From an uncultured Pseudobdellovibrionaceae bacterium (GTDB lineage Bacteria; Bdellovibrionota; Bdellovibrionia; Bdellovibrionales; UBA1609): a stretch of DNA of 64,000 bases. Below are positions 41,781 through 51,725 of this stretch, piece by piece. The DNA lies in assembly GCA_963803705.1 (NCBI GenBank), contig CAWDNU010000003.1, positions 160,001 through 224,000 of the forward strand. The letters are read 5' to 3'. Position 1 is the first letter of the stretch; each line of letters opens with the position of its first letter. A program made the position numbers and the translations under genes. Under the pieces are notes generated by a model that worked only from the letters and a program-made list of their open reading frames with translations, did no database searches and was not told where the DNA came from.

Positions 41781-42056
41781 AATTTAAACTTAAACTTAAA
41801 CTTAACCTTAAACTAAAATTAAAAATTTAGTTATGAGCTAGGCTCATTTTAATAAGTTAGTGTCTCATATTGATACAAACTTAAAATAATATTTGTGTTT
41901 TCGTAATTTTTATTTTTTGTCTTTTTTGGCTAGGACGAAGTAGGTTGGATTTTAGTGTTTAGGCTATTTTTAGCTGATCAAAAGTTTTTCATCTGCATAA
42001 CTTTTAGATATTTTTATTCATGTATCCCTCTAGTATTCTATAGTTGGGGAAAAGCT

Positions 42057-44423
42057 ATGAAGACTACAAAACTCCTACATTTTAACCAAAAATTACAGGC
42101 AACAATTTTGTTGCTACTTTTGGCTATTTTGTTTTCAGCTTCTAAGTCGTGGGCTCTAGGAGTTGAAAGCCCAGAGCCTGGCGAAGTTCTTTATCTTTCG
42201 GCGGGTATGCCTATACCTGGTTACATATTAGGTCGTGATGGCGATACCTTTACTGTTTCAATTATCGAAGACTATATGTTTGAAGACGGCACTCAGCTTA
42301 TGATGACTGATAGCATTGCACTTTCAAGATACGGTGATGAAGAAGATTCTGCATTGGTTCCCATGATTTTTGTAAAACCAATTAAAAGAAATGGGGATGT
42401 AGATAGCGATCTTACTTTGGCGTTTCCAGCTCAATTTTTAACTAACGAAGCAACTGGTAAAAACCTTTACGATTACGAAGGAATCAAAAGAGATTTTGAT
42501 TCAGAATATTTAAGCGCTAGAGAAAACTACGGTTTGGATGAAGACACCGACTTTGAAACCGAGTCTGTAAAATTATCTGAATACATGAATTATTTAATCA
42601 GTGCTCAGGGTATACAAACTCCAAAATTATATCCTGGTCAATTAACTATGGTGGACTCAAGCTCGACTGCACGAAGAACAACTATTACTGCTGAATCTGA
42701 AGCCGCAAATGAGCAGCCTGAACCATCAGTTGAAAGTAATAAGCCAACAACAGTTGCGACATCAAGAACTTCAACAATCAAACCAGCACAAGTAGCTGAG
42801 GAAACTGATCAAACTACAGGCCAGGCCACAACATTGGTCATTTCACAGCCTTCAGCGGGAGTAACTGAAACTGACTCTATTCCAAACTATAAAACAGATC
42901 CAAGATTTGCCGACCTTATGGAAGTTCGTACAAAAGATGAAGTCACCGACGCCGCGTATAGAGTCCCATTCGTAGCAGAAGATGGATCAGTCACTTACAA
43001 AGTTGTTAGAGCTGACCAGATCGGTGAAGGCCAAAGATTTATTCCAATACCTTGGGATTCTAAGTTAAAGAGAAATAAAAGCACTCAGGCAATTTATCGG
43101 GCTTTTCATAAAGTAAATAGGCAGGGCGACATTACATTAGGCGAGGACAATCAACCAATTATTTTTTACATGCCTCTTGATGACTTAGCCTATGTAGATC
43201 CAGAAACACAAAAGATTATTGACGTCACTAAAACAACAATACTGTCTAGAACTGCAACGCCTAGATCTGAACCAACCCCAAGCACGGTAGCGGACAGTGC
43301 AGGCGCAGCAGAAACCGAAGACGATAGCCAGGAAGAGGGCAGACCAGCTATTGCAGTTCGTTCCAACCAAGTCGACGTTCAAGTTAGTCCGGCAGGACAA
43401 GCAGAAGCCACCCGAAGAGCTGGATCAGATTCACAACCGGCAAATGCTGCAACTCGTAGGTCGACCGGTCAAGACAGATCTTTTTCAGAGTGTCGAAATC
43501 CAGAATTTTTACAAGGTTTAGCTGACGGTGGTGAGAACTGTAAATTGTTCCAGATCGAAAACTTTAGTTTGGTCAAAAGTAGCCTTATCAATCAACTAGG
43601 TCGACCTGCCACAGATCGTTCAGCCCTGATAACCTCAGGTGTAATTGCTATCGATAACTCTAGTAAAATGTGTACGAAAATTAGCATGAGCCATGAAGAT
43701 TATTTAGACGATGCTCAAGCTCAGGAAAAAATTAGCGCTTACAAACAATCTATGAATGAAAGTTACGGCGACATAGCTACATCAATTTTTAGAAACCCAG
43801 GCCGACTAGCTGCTGCCTTTGGTGGCAAGCCTCAACCAAGCAGATACACTTACTCGTGCAACCGTAATCAAAGCGATTGTAGGTTTTCTTATGATCACTA
43901 CACTCCAGAAAGACTTGCACTGGTACAAGAGATAACTAATTTTGCCGACGCATCTGGCATCTCTGAGCAGGTTAAAGTTTATGGTCCTACACAGGACGAT
44001 AAATATCTTTTTGTGCTACAAAAAGGTGGAAGAAATATCAGATCCCTTGTAATCCAAGACAATCCATTTCTGTTGCTGAAAGGTGATGTTGGTAAAGTTA
44101 CTAAGGCTATGAATGCCTTCAAAAAAGAGTTTAGATTTAACCGGCTAAGTCAGATCCAAGCAGAGTTTGATTCACCACGTTTACGAGAATCAAAAAAGGG
44201 ACACTTTCTATCTTCGGAAACAGTCTTGCCAAACGGTCAGGTTAATAACAGAAAAGTCAGGTTGAAGACGCCAGAGTCCTTAAGATTTATTCATGGCTTA
44301 CGCCAAGGTAAAACCTTTTATCAGCTTAATTGCAGTCAAAATTTGCGAACCAGTAGCCAGTCCACCGGTACCCCACCTAATGTTCCCTACGATACCAGTC
44401 GGGCCGTTTTAGGCACTGAATAA
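42057..44423 (+). CDS. Large hypothetical secreted protein with Thr/Ser/Ala-rich linkers
   Basis: GGGGA RBS, signal peptide ending SWA, low-complexity linkers, Cys-containing C-terminal domain. Confidence 0.7.
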   Translation: MKTTKLLHFNQKLQATILLLLLAILFSASKSWALGVESPEPGEVLYLSAGMPIPGYILGRDGDTFTVSIIEDYMFEDGTQLMMTDSIALSRYGDEEDSALVPMIFVKPIKRNGDVDSDLTLAFPAQFLTNEATGKNLYDYEGIKRDFDSEYLSARENYGLDEDTDFETESVKLSEYMNYLISAQGIQTPKLYPGQLTMVDSSSTARRTTITAESEAANEQPEPSVESNKPTTVATSRTSTIKPAQVAEETDQTTGQATTLVISQPSAGVTETDSIPNYKTDPRFADLMEVRTKDEVTDAAYRVPFVAEDGSVTYKVVRADQIGEGQRFIPIPWDSKLKRNKSTQAIYRAFHKVNRQGDITLGEDNQPIIFYMPLDDLAYVDPETQKIIDVTKTTILSRTATPRSEPTPSTVADSAGAAETEDDSQEEGRPAIAVRSNQVDVQVSPAGQAEATRRAGSDSQPANAATRRSTGQDRSFSECRNPEFLQGLADGGENCKLFQIENFSLVKSSLINQLGRPATDRSALITSGVIAIDNSSKMCTKISMSHEDYLDDAQAQEKISAYKQSMNESYGDIATSIFRNPGRLAAAFGGKPQPSRYTYSCNRNQSDCRFSYDHYTPERLALVQEITNFADASGISEQVKVYGPTQDDKYLFVLQKGGRNIRSLVIQDNPFLLLKGDVGKVTKAMNAFKKEFRFNRLSQIQAEFDSPRLRESKKGHFLSSETVLPNGQVNNRKVRLKTPESLRFIHGLRQGKTFYQLNCSQNLRTSSQSTGTPPNVPYDTSRAVLGTE

Positions 44424-44505
44424 GAACTGTCTGAAAGCCCAGTTTTTTTAAGAAAACTGTGATTCTTAACTCATCAAAATCTCATTTATAGCCGATAATT
44501 GTTCT

Positions 44506-45402
44506 ATGCGATTTTCCCTCGTTTTTTTTATGGTTAGCTTAATTTCCAGCCAAGGTTTTGCACGTGGCATTCTTTGGGGAAGAGGGAACCAACAACAAGC
44601 TAAAACAGAAGCTGGGTACTCGGGATTTTGTGAAAACTGCATCAACAACCGGCCAACAGGTTCACAGCCCTTAGCTCCGATCGATGTTAATTACGTAGGC
44701 GGGAAGGGAACCTTGTCAGAGGCCAGAGCTCACTTTGAACTCTATGCTAGGAACAATGCAGAATGCAGACCTACCGGAAATGAAAAGAAATACGGAATGA
44801 TATCTGATTTAAGCTCAGAAAAAGGAGGAACCGCATTCAATTTATCACATATTGTGGAAGTGGACTCTCAAGGGAAAACTAAAATCGTCGCAAGTTTTTG
44901 GGCTGGCGAGGGTGTTGGTGTCGGAAATGATTGCGGCTCGAATGAATCACCTCACGGGTTTATGAAGATGGGAAGTTCCGATTACAGGCCAGACGTCTAT
45001 AGAACAAACCCAGAAACAGGACAAAGAGAAGTTTCTAAGTGGCCCATGTGTGGTGCAAAAAACCCAGTATTTAATCACAACAGGATTATGCTTCACGGCC
45101 TAGAACGTGGCTTCAACGATAATTTAAGTGAAACTAATGTGGCTCAAAACCCTAACAATCCGATACTGTGCCGAAAGGATGGAAGGGTTATACCCAGGTA
45201 TGCAAGGCTTCACTCCATTGGGTACAGTTCTGGTAATACAACTTTAGGCTGCAAAGGTTTGCAATTAGATATTTGGTGTAAATATGCACCAAGCCTGATC
45301 GGCGGTTGCGCTTATAATTATGATGGTAGTGAAACCCCTGCAATTAGGCGCCTTAAAGGGACTGCTGACAATTCAGCTTCTAAATCTGACTTAGGCTCTT
45401 AA
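44506..45402 (+). CDS. Murein L,D-transpeptidase-like protein (YkuD_2 family), Cys-rich
   Basis: Signal peptide; GSNESPHGF, LHGLERGFNDN, and catalytic H..(TTLG)C in LHSIGYSSGNTTLGC. Confidence 0.7.
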   Translation: MRFSLVFFMVSLISSQGFARGILWGRGNQQQAKTEAGYSGFCENCINNRPTGSQPLAPIDVNYVGGKGTLSEARAHFELYARNNAECRPTGNEKKYGMISDLSSEKGGTAFNLSHIVEVDSQGKTKIVASFWAGEGVGVGNDCGSNESPHGFMKMGSSDYRPDVYRTNPETGQREVSKWPMCGAKNPVFNHNRIMLHGLERGFNDNLSETNVAQNPNNPILCRKDGRVIPRYARLHSIGYSSGNTTLGCKGLQLDIWCKYAPSLIGGCAYNYDGSETPAIRRLKGTADNSASKSDLGS

Positions 45403-45911
45403 CCGTAAGGCACCTAAAGCAAGTTATTTAGATAAATTTGTAAATCAGTTTTTGGTTTTCGATTGTGAAAAACATTTTATAGCTACCTAGATTTAAGGTT
45501 CTATACTTAAAATTTGTTTTAGTTTTATCTGAGTTATTTTCTGAATTTAGACTTGGTGACGTTTTACTAGCACCCTTATTATGCGATTTAAATTTTCTTA
45601 ACTCATTTAACTTTTTTCTATATTTTAACATAATCTGCGACATCGATCCCTCCTCGGACATAGCTCGTTTGCTAGAACAAAAAGATGCAAGTAGAGATTG
45701 GTATTTTAACTACATTTAGAACGATTGAGACTAAAAGGTGTCCGGAAATTAGACTTTTTTTTTAAGATTGAAATTTTTTTATTTTTGAAAGTAGCACTAA
45801 TATTTTAAAGGCAACCGATTTAAAGCTAAAGAGTTGAAGGGATAGGCACTGCCAACGTCGCAATTGATCCCAAACAGCAAGTCAAAATTTATCTGGAACA
45901 GCTCCTGAAGG

Positions 45912-45977
45912 CGCGTGTGGAATCGTATATTATCGCGTATGGAACCATATATTAACGCGTTAGGAACCGTATATGAA
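45912..45977. repeat. Three tandem 22-bp imperfect repeats CGCGTNNGGAAYCRTATATKAW
   Basis: cgcgtgtggaatcgtatattat / cgcgtatggaaccatatattaa / cgcgttaggaaccgtatatgaa. Confidence 0.8.
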
Positions 45978-46104
45978 AAGGAATGTGAAGCTGCAGCTGC
46001 ACATTGTTGAATCGCATATGAAAATTATTGGAACTATTAAAGCGAAAAACTTATGCATTTCACATGTGGCCCAGATACTAGGTGTGCTAGAAGCTCCTAT
46101 TTAC

Positions 46105-47880
46105 TTAAACGTTTTTCAACCTTAAGCGAACATTTTCAGGAGTGATTTCAATCAACTCGTCTTCAATGATCCATTCCAAAGCGTGTTCAATCGTAATTTT
46201 TTTAATTGGACTTAATTTTACATGTTCGTCTGTTCCAGAGGCTCTCACGTTGGTAAGTTTCTTTTCTCGACAGACATTAACATTAAGTTCGCCGCCTTTA
46301 TTGTAGTCACCTATAATCATGCCCTTGTAGACCTGAACGGTGCCATCTATAAACAGTGAACCACGATCTTCAAGATTAAATAAAGAGTAGGGGGTTGCCT
46401 TACCTTGACGGTCAGAAACCATGCGTCCCACATATCGTTTTTGGATCTCTCCACGGTACTCATCGTAGCCGTCGTACTGAGCGTTTAGTAAGCCCGTACC
46501 TTTGGTGTCTGTCATAAACTCAGATCGATAGCCGATAAGTCCTCGGGCTGGAATACGGAAAACTGCATTTGCACGGCCATGACCTTTATTATTCATCTCC
46601 ATCAAAATACCTTTTCTCTGCTGTAGTTTCTGGGTGACCGTTCCAAGGTAGCCCTCTTCCACATCAAGATAAACTAAATCGAAGGGCTCTAATTTAACAC
46701 CATTTTCAGTCTTCAGTATCACTTGGGGCTGACTAACCAGGACTTCATATCCTTCCCGGCGCATTTGCTCTAGTAAAATAGCTATTTGCAGTTCTCCACG
46801 AGCAATGACTTTAAATGTATCAGCATTTTCAGTGTCTTCAATTTTTAAAGATAAGTTTGTTAGAAGCTCTTTATCTAGTCGCTCCCTGATTTTTCTGGAT
46901 GTTACAAATTTTCCTTCTTTACCTGCAAAAGGACCATTGTTAACAGACATAAAGATACCGACAGTGGGTTCATCCACATCTACTCTGGGAAGTGGTTTCG
47001 TCACTTCAGTAGACGAAATTGTGTCCCCTATCATGATATCTTCGTACCCAGATAAAACACCGATATCACCTGCATTTAACTCTTTGACCTCGACCTGCTG
47101 GTTGCGGCTGTAAGCTAACACCGACGTTACCTTGTAGCTTTGCAATCGGTTTTCGGTTTGATGAAGACTTAGACGGTCACCTAATTTTACAGAGCCAGCC
47201 TGGATTCTACCAATAGCAAGTCTTCCAACGTAAGGGTTGTAGCCAATGTTCGTAATCAACATCTGAAACGGAGCATTAATATCGACATTCGGTGGTGGCA
47301 CTTCAGAAAGTATTAGATCAAAAAGCTCTTTTAAATTTTCAGCTTCAGGAACTTTTTCAAATTCTTGAGAAGCCTTGCCCTCTCTGGCAATAGCATAAAT
47401 AGTTTTAAAATTAACCTGTTCGTCAGTGGCTTCCAGATCAATAAATAAATTAAAGACTTCATCTAAAACCTCGTCGGCTCTTTGGTCTTTACGATCTACC
47501 TTGTTCACACACAATATAACTTTTTTGTTTTGTGCCAATGCTTTTTTCAAAACAAATCTAGTTTGAGGAAGCGGCCCCTCACTGGCATCTACCAATAAAA
47601 TTGCTCCGTCGACCATATCAAGAATACGCTCAACTTCACCGCCAAAATCACTATGCCCTGGGGTATCGACTATATTTACCTTTACACCATTATATATAAA
47701 AGATGCGTTTTTTGCGGCGATCGTGATTCCACGCTCTCGCTCAAGATCCATAGAATCCATCATTCGCTCTTCAGTGGCTTCGTTATCTCTAAACGCACCA
47801 CTTTGCTTTAGTAAAAAATCAACAAGAGTTGTTTTGCCGTGATCAACATGGGCAATAATCGCAATATTTCTAATTTCCAT
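46105..47880 (-). CDS. typA: Translational GTPase TypA/BipA
   Basis: IRNIAIIAHVDHGKTT, ERERGITI, DTPGHSDFGGEVER, KKLTNVRASG. Confidence 0.97.
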   Translation of the reverse strand: MEIRNIAIIAHVDHGKTTLVDFLLKQSGAFRDNEATEERMMDSMDLERERGITIAAKNASFIYNGVKVNIVDTPGHSDFGGEVERILDMVDGAILLVDASEGPLPQTRFVLKKALAQNKKVILCVNKVDRKDQRADEVLDEVFNLFIDLEATDEQVNFKTIYAIAREGKASQEFEKVPEAENLKELFDLILSEVPPPNVDINAPFQMLITNIGYNPYVGRLAIGRIQAGSVKLGDRLSLHQTENRLQSYKVTSVLAYSRNQQVEVKELNAGDIGVLSGYEDIMIGDTISSTEVTKPLPRVDVDEPTVGIFMSVNNGPFAGKEGKFVTSRKIRERLDKELLTNLSLKIEDTENADTFKVIARGELQIAILLEQMRREGYEVLVSQPQVILKTENGVKLEPFDLVYLDVEEGYLGTVTQKLQQRKGILMEMNNKGHGRANAVFRIPARGLIGYRSEFMTDTKGTGLLNAQYDGYDEYRGEIQKRYVGRMVSDRQGKATPYSLFNLEDRGSLFIDGTVQVYKGMIIGDYNKGGELNVNVCREKKLTNVRASGTDEHVKLSPIKKITIEHALEWIIEDELIEITPENVRLRLKNV

Positions 47881-48045
47881 GATCTTATTTCTAAGAGAAA
47901 CTCACGGGAAAGCAACCCGAAGTTTAATTAGCCATCGCGTTATAAGTGGGGTGCCTGTGACACCCTTTACTTATCCAAATAGCCAATCTTATAATTAAGT
48001 TCGATCAAGAATTTATCATCGTATTATTTTGCTAGAGGAGCAACT

Positions 48046-49524
48046 ATGGAAACCCAAGAGTTCATGGCCAGTTATACTCAATATGTTCAAGAACATGGGA
48101 TCAATATTATTATTGCAATTGGGGTTCTAGTCTTAGGCTGGGTGTTCTTAAGTTTGATGGTCTACATTTTAAGAAAACATATCCTTCATGCACTTAGGCT
48201 TAACTATTTTTTTGAAAGTATAGCTTTCAAATTGGACGTAGAAAAAATTCTAGCTAGGATTCTATTTTTTGTAGGTTTGCTATTTCTTTTCAAAATCTCT
48301 GCGCAGCTAGCAAATTTGACAGAAATCGATAATTTTTTTGATCACGTCCTAAGCGTTACCGGAAATTTAATTTACTTAGTTGCTCGCGCTATGAGCCCAC
48401 TGATTTTTGCACTTATCGCAGCCTCCATAACTAGAAAAGGTATTTTATTTCTTGGTACTAAATTTAAACTTGATCATCGCATAGGATCCAAGTTGGACGC
48501 TGGGGACGCCGTTACATTTAGTTTTACAAAATCCTTAAGTGAAATGGGTTATGGTATTGTCTTTCTGGTCTTCTTGCCGGCAATTTTATCGGGTCTTGGC
48601 CTTCAAGACATGAGCCAGCCAATCTTATTGATGGTAGAAAATGCTCTTGGATTTATGCCTAAGCTCTTCGGGGCAGCGGTTGTGCTTGGGGTTGGCTGGT
48701 TCGTAGCTAAAATTATAAAAGAAGTCGTTACAGGACTATTGATGTCTATCGGGGCTGACTCTGCGCTGATGAAAATGCAAATGGATCAAGTGACTGGCGG
48801 TGTTAAATTTTCAAAATTGGGTGGTACCTTAGCTTACGCCGTCGTGCTGATACTAGTATTTGTAGAGGCCTTAAAAAAACTAAGTTTAGACGCCATTACT
48901 GATCCTATTGTAGCCGTCTTAAATGAGTTTTTCTTGGCCGTTCCAAACTTGCTTTACGCTGTATTTCTAATTTTTATAACTTATATTGTTGCAACCGTAG
49001 TTCGGCAGATTGTATCCCAGGTTCTAGAAGGGGTCGGTTTTAACCGAGTTCTTACTAAGCTTGGATTTGAAGTTTCTTACACTAAGACGTCGCCCTCACA
49101 AGTTATGGGGTTACTTTCTTTTTATGCACTCATGTTTTTTGCAGTCATCGAAGCCTTGAACCAATTGGGGCTTCATTCTATATCAGAAATTGTTAGAGAC
49201 ATCACAGTTTTTGCTGGTCAAGTTTTGTTCGGTTTAGTAATTTTTGGCGTTGGACTATTTGTAGCAAATATCGTCTCAAAACCTATCCGTTCGTCATCTG
49301 CTCCAAATTCGCATTTGCTTGCTTTTTTAGCCAGAACAGGGATTTTAGTTTTAGTCGGCGCCATGGCCTTAAAGCATATGGGACTCGCTGATGAGATTGT
49401 TAATATTGCCTTTGGCTTAATTTTAGGTTCTCTTGCATTAGCGGCCGGAATTGCTTTTGGTTTGGGTGGTAAAGAAGAAGCAGCCGATGTTGTTAAGCAG
49501 ATCAGGGCTAAATTTAAAGCATAA
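48046..49524 (+). CDS. Mechanosensitive-channel-type conserved TM helix repeat protein (CmpX-like)
   Basis: Repeated PKLFGAAVVLGVGWFVAK / PNLLYAVFLIFITYIVA units; C-terminal IAFGLGGKE. Confidence 0.8.
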   Translation: METQEFMASYTQYVQEHGINIIIAIGVLVLGWVFLSLMVYILRKHILHALRLNYFFESIAFKLDVEKILARILFFVGLLFLFKISAQLANLTEIDNFFDHVLSVTGNLIYLVARAMSPLIFALIAASITRKGILFLGTKFKLDHRIGSKLDAGDAVTFSFTKSLSEMGYGIVFLVFLPAILSGLGLQDMSQPILLMVENALGFMPKLFGAAVVLGVGWFVAKIIKEVVTGLLMSIGADSALMKMQMDQVTGGVKFSKLGGTLAYAVVLILVFVEALKKLSLDAITDPIVAVLNEFFLAVPNLLYAVFLIFITYIVATVVRQIVSQVLEGVGFNRVLTKLGFEVSYTKTSPSQVMGLLSFYALMFFAVIEALNQLGLHSISEIVRDITVFAGQVLFGLVIFGVGLFVANIVSKPIRSSSAPNSHLLAFLARTGILVLVGAMALKHMGLADEIVNIAFGLILGSLALAAGIAFGLGGKEEAADVVKQIRAKFKA

Positions 49525-49598
49525 ATTATATATTTGTGAATGGGTGCCCCGATATGAAGTAGACTTTGGGGGCCATTAAAATAAGTATTCTTCAAATT

Positions 49599-50372
49599 TT
49601 ATATTGAAGCCGATTTTCCATTAGAGCTTTTACTTAGTTTTTTATCATTTAAAAGCTGCTCAACAAATTCTTTCTGACGAATTAAGTGAGATGGTAATTC
49701 TGTATTGGGTTTGCTCAGCTGGGCTAAAATTTTCTGAGCATCTTTAAAACGTTGTTGATTAATCAGTAGCCTAACTAGTTCTTCAACCACCGTCCGTTGA
49801 TAAGTCTCGGTGTCTAGACCAACTATGTGAACATAAATCTGTTCGGCTAAATCGTCTCTATCTAACTCTTGCAGTACTTTTGCGTAGTGAAACATCGTCA
49901 GCGGATTATTACCTTCAGTTTTATAATACTTATCAAAAGCAGTAACAGCACCATTATAGTCTTTCATTTGTGATCTTAATAGAGCAAGCTTTTCCCAAGC
50001 CTCTGCAGAGTTTTGCTTTTCAGCCCATTTAGTCATCAAGGCCTCACCTTTGTCGTAGTGGTGGTGTTCGATCGCCATTTCAGAATAAGTTAACAAATCA
50101 TTTGGGGAAGCTAGTTGTGTGATCGATTTAACTTGATAGGGAACAATAGCCAAAGAATCGTTTGCCCATCTTGTGGTGTGCATAAAGCCCAACAGTATAA
50201 AAACGGACACGGACATAATCCAGCGGATCGACCTAGCTTGGCTTTCTCTTTCATATTTTCCTTCATTTGCCGAACCCAACCAACCGCATTCGCAAAGCAC
50301 CCAACCATTTTCGTGGCGCTCTTCTGATATATGAGAGCCACAAACTGGGCATAATCCATATCTTGTCATCAT
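49599..50372 (-). CDS. TPR-like protein with N-terminal zinc ribbon and TM anchor
   Basis: CPVC...CECG, hydrophobic helix, helical repeats (AEAWEKLALL..YNGAVTAF); AGGAG RBS. Confidence 0.65.
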   Translation of the reverse strand: MMTRYGLCPVCGSHISEERHENGWVLCECGWLGSANEGKYERESQARSIRWIMSVSVFILLGFMHTTRWANDSLAIVPYQVKSITQLASPNDLLTYSEMAIEHHHYDKGEALMTKWAEKQNSAEAWEKLALLRSQMKDYNGAVTAFDKYYKTEGNNPLTMFHYAKVLQELDRDDLAEQIYVHIVGLDTETYQRTVVEELVRLLINQQRFKDAQKILAQLSKPNTELPSHLIRQKEFVEQLLNDKKLSKSSNGKSASI

Positions 50373-50712
50373 AATAAAATCTCCTAGCTATTTCATAAAC
50401 GTACAAACTCACTCGATTAGGTTAAGGCAAGGATTAGGCCACGCTCTATGCGATTTTGTTAAGTTTAACGAGCCTATTTTAGAGAATCTACTTTATTAAA
50501 GTGACATTTTTTGTCTCTGTTGACGCCCTCTGTTTCAAAATCTGGGGTTAGGCCTCGTGCCGAAGTAAATTGTCAGTATTTATGTAATTTGAGTTAAGGA
50601 AGCCGCTACGCAGGCATTTATTTGGTAAGGTCCTAGCTATGTCACTGTATTGTGATTTCGGCTATTAACTCTAAACGTTTACTCACTATATAAAAAAAGG
50701 TAGTGTTTTTGG

Positions 50713-51717
50713 ATGTCAGAAAAAAAAAGAATTTTAACTGGGATAAAAGCCACGGGCGTTCACATTGGTAACTGGGTAGGAGCTATTGAACCCGCTTTGG
50801 CCTTGGCAAATGACCCTGCAAACGAAAGCTATTTATTTATTGCGGACTTTCACGCTTTAAATTCCAACCCCAAGCCTGAAGATTTAAAGGCTAAAACCTA
50901 CGAAATTGCTGCGACCTGGTTAGCCCTAGGTCTGAACCCTGAACACAGTTTTTTATACAGGCAATCCGATATCCCAGAAATTTTTGAACTCTCAGTTATT
51001 TTAAACTCATTAACTCCAAAAGGTCTTATGAACAGGGCACACGCTTACAAAGCTCAGGTTCAAGAAAACACTAAAAATGGCAGTGATGATATTGATGATG
51101 GAATAAACATGGGGCTATTTACCTATCCTATTTTAATGACTTCGGATATTTTGGTTTTTAATGCAGATCAAGTTCCTGTCGGTCCAGATAATGTTCAGCA
51201 TTTAGAAATTGCCAGAGACATAGCACAGAAATTTAATAACACTTACGGCGACACTTTCAAGCTGCCACAAGTTTTACTTCCAAAAAAGGTAAAGCTTCTT
51301 CCTGGGTTGGACGGAAGAAAAATGAGCGCTAGTTACGGAAATCATATACCAGTGTTTTTAGACGAAAAAAAGTTGCGTAAACTAATCATGAAAATTGTGT
51401 CAGATTCTACCCCTGAAAACACCCCGAAAGATACAAAAAACAATTTACTTTTTGACTTCTATTCCGTTTTTGCAACCGATGCAGAGATACAAGAAATGAA
51501 AAATAAGTACGCTGCGGGTATCGGCTGGGGTTATGTAAAGCAAGAAATTTATGAAGTCTTAAACAATCGCCTAAAGGGGCCTCGCGAGACCTATAATAAG
51601 CTAATGGCAGATAAGCCCTATATAGACGAGGTACTTTTGAAGGGGGCTAAAATGGCGCGCAAGGTTGCCTCTAAGAATCTAACCGAAGTCCGTTTAAAAG
51701 TGGGTATGACCCGGTAA
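50713..51717 (+). CDS. trpS: Tryptophan--tRNA ligase
   Basis: HIGN, YPILMTSDIL, VPVGPDNVQHLE, KMSAS. Confidence 0.97.
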   Translation: MSEKKRILTGIKATGVHIGNWVGAIEPALALANDPANESYLFIADFHALNSNPKPEDLKAKTYEIAATWLALGLNPEHSFLYRQSDIPEIFELSVILNSLTPKGLMNRAHAYKAQVQENTKNGSDDIDDGINMGLFTYPILMTSDILVFNADQVPVGPDNVQHLEIARDIAQKFNNTYGDTFKLPQVLLPKKVKLLPGLDGRKMSASYGNHIPVFLDEKKLRKLIMKIVSDSTPENTPKDTKNNLLFDFYSVFATDAEIQEMKNKYAAGIGWGYVKQEIYEVLNNRLKGPRETYNKLMADKPYIDEVLLKGAKMARKVASKNLTEVRLKVGMTR

Positions 51718-51725
51718 TTTGAATT

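Noticed and set aside
45428..45661. 77-aa minus-strand ORF
   Set aside because: Low-complexity Lys/Asn-rich sequence with a weak RBS; it cannot be supported as a gene
45912..45977. CRISPR array
   Set aside because: The repeats are directly adjacent with no unique spacers, and there are no cas genes in the window
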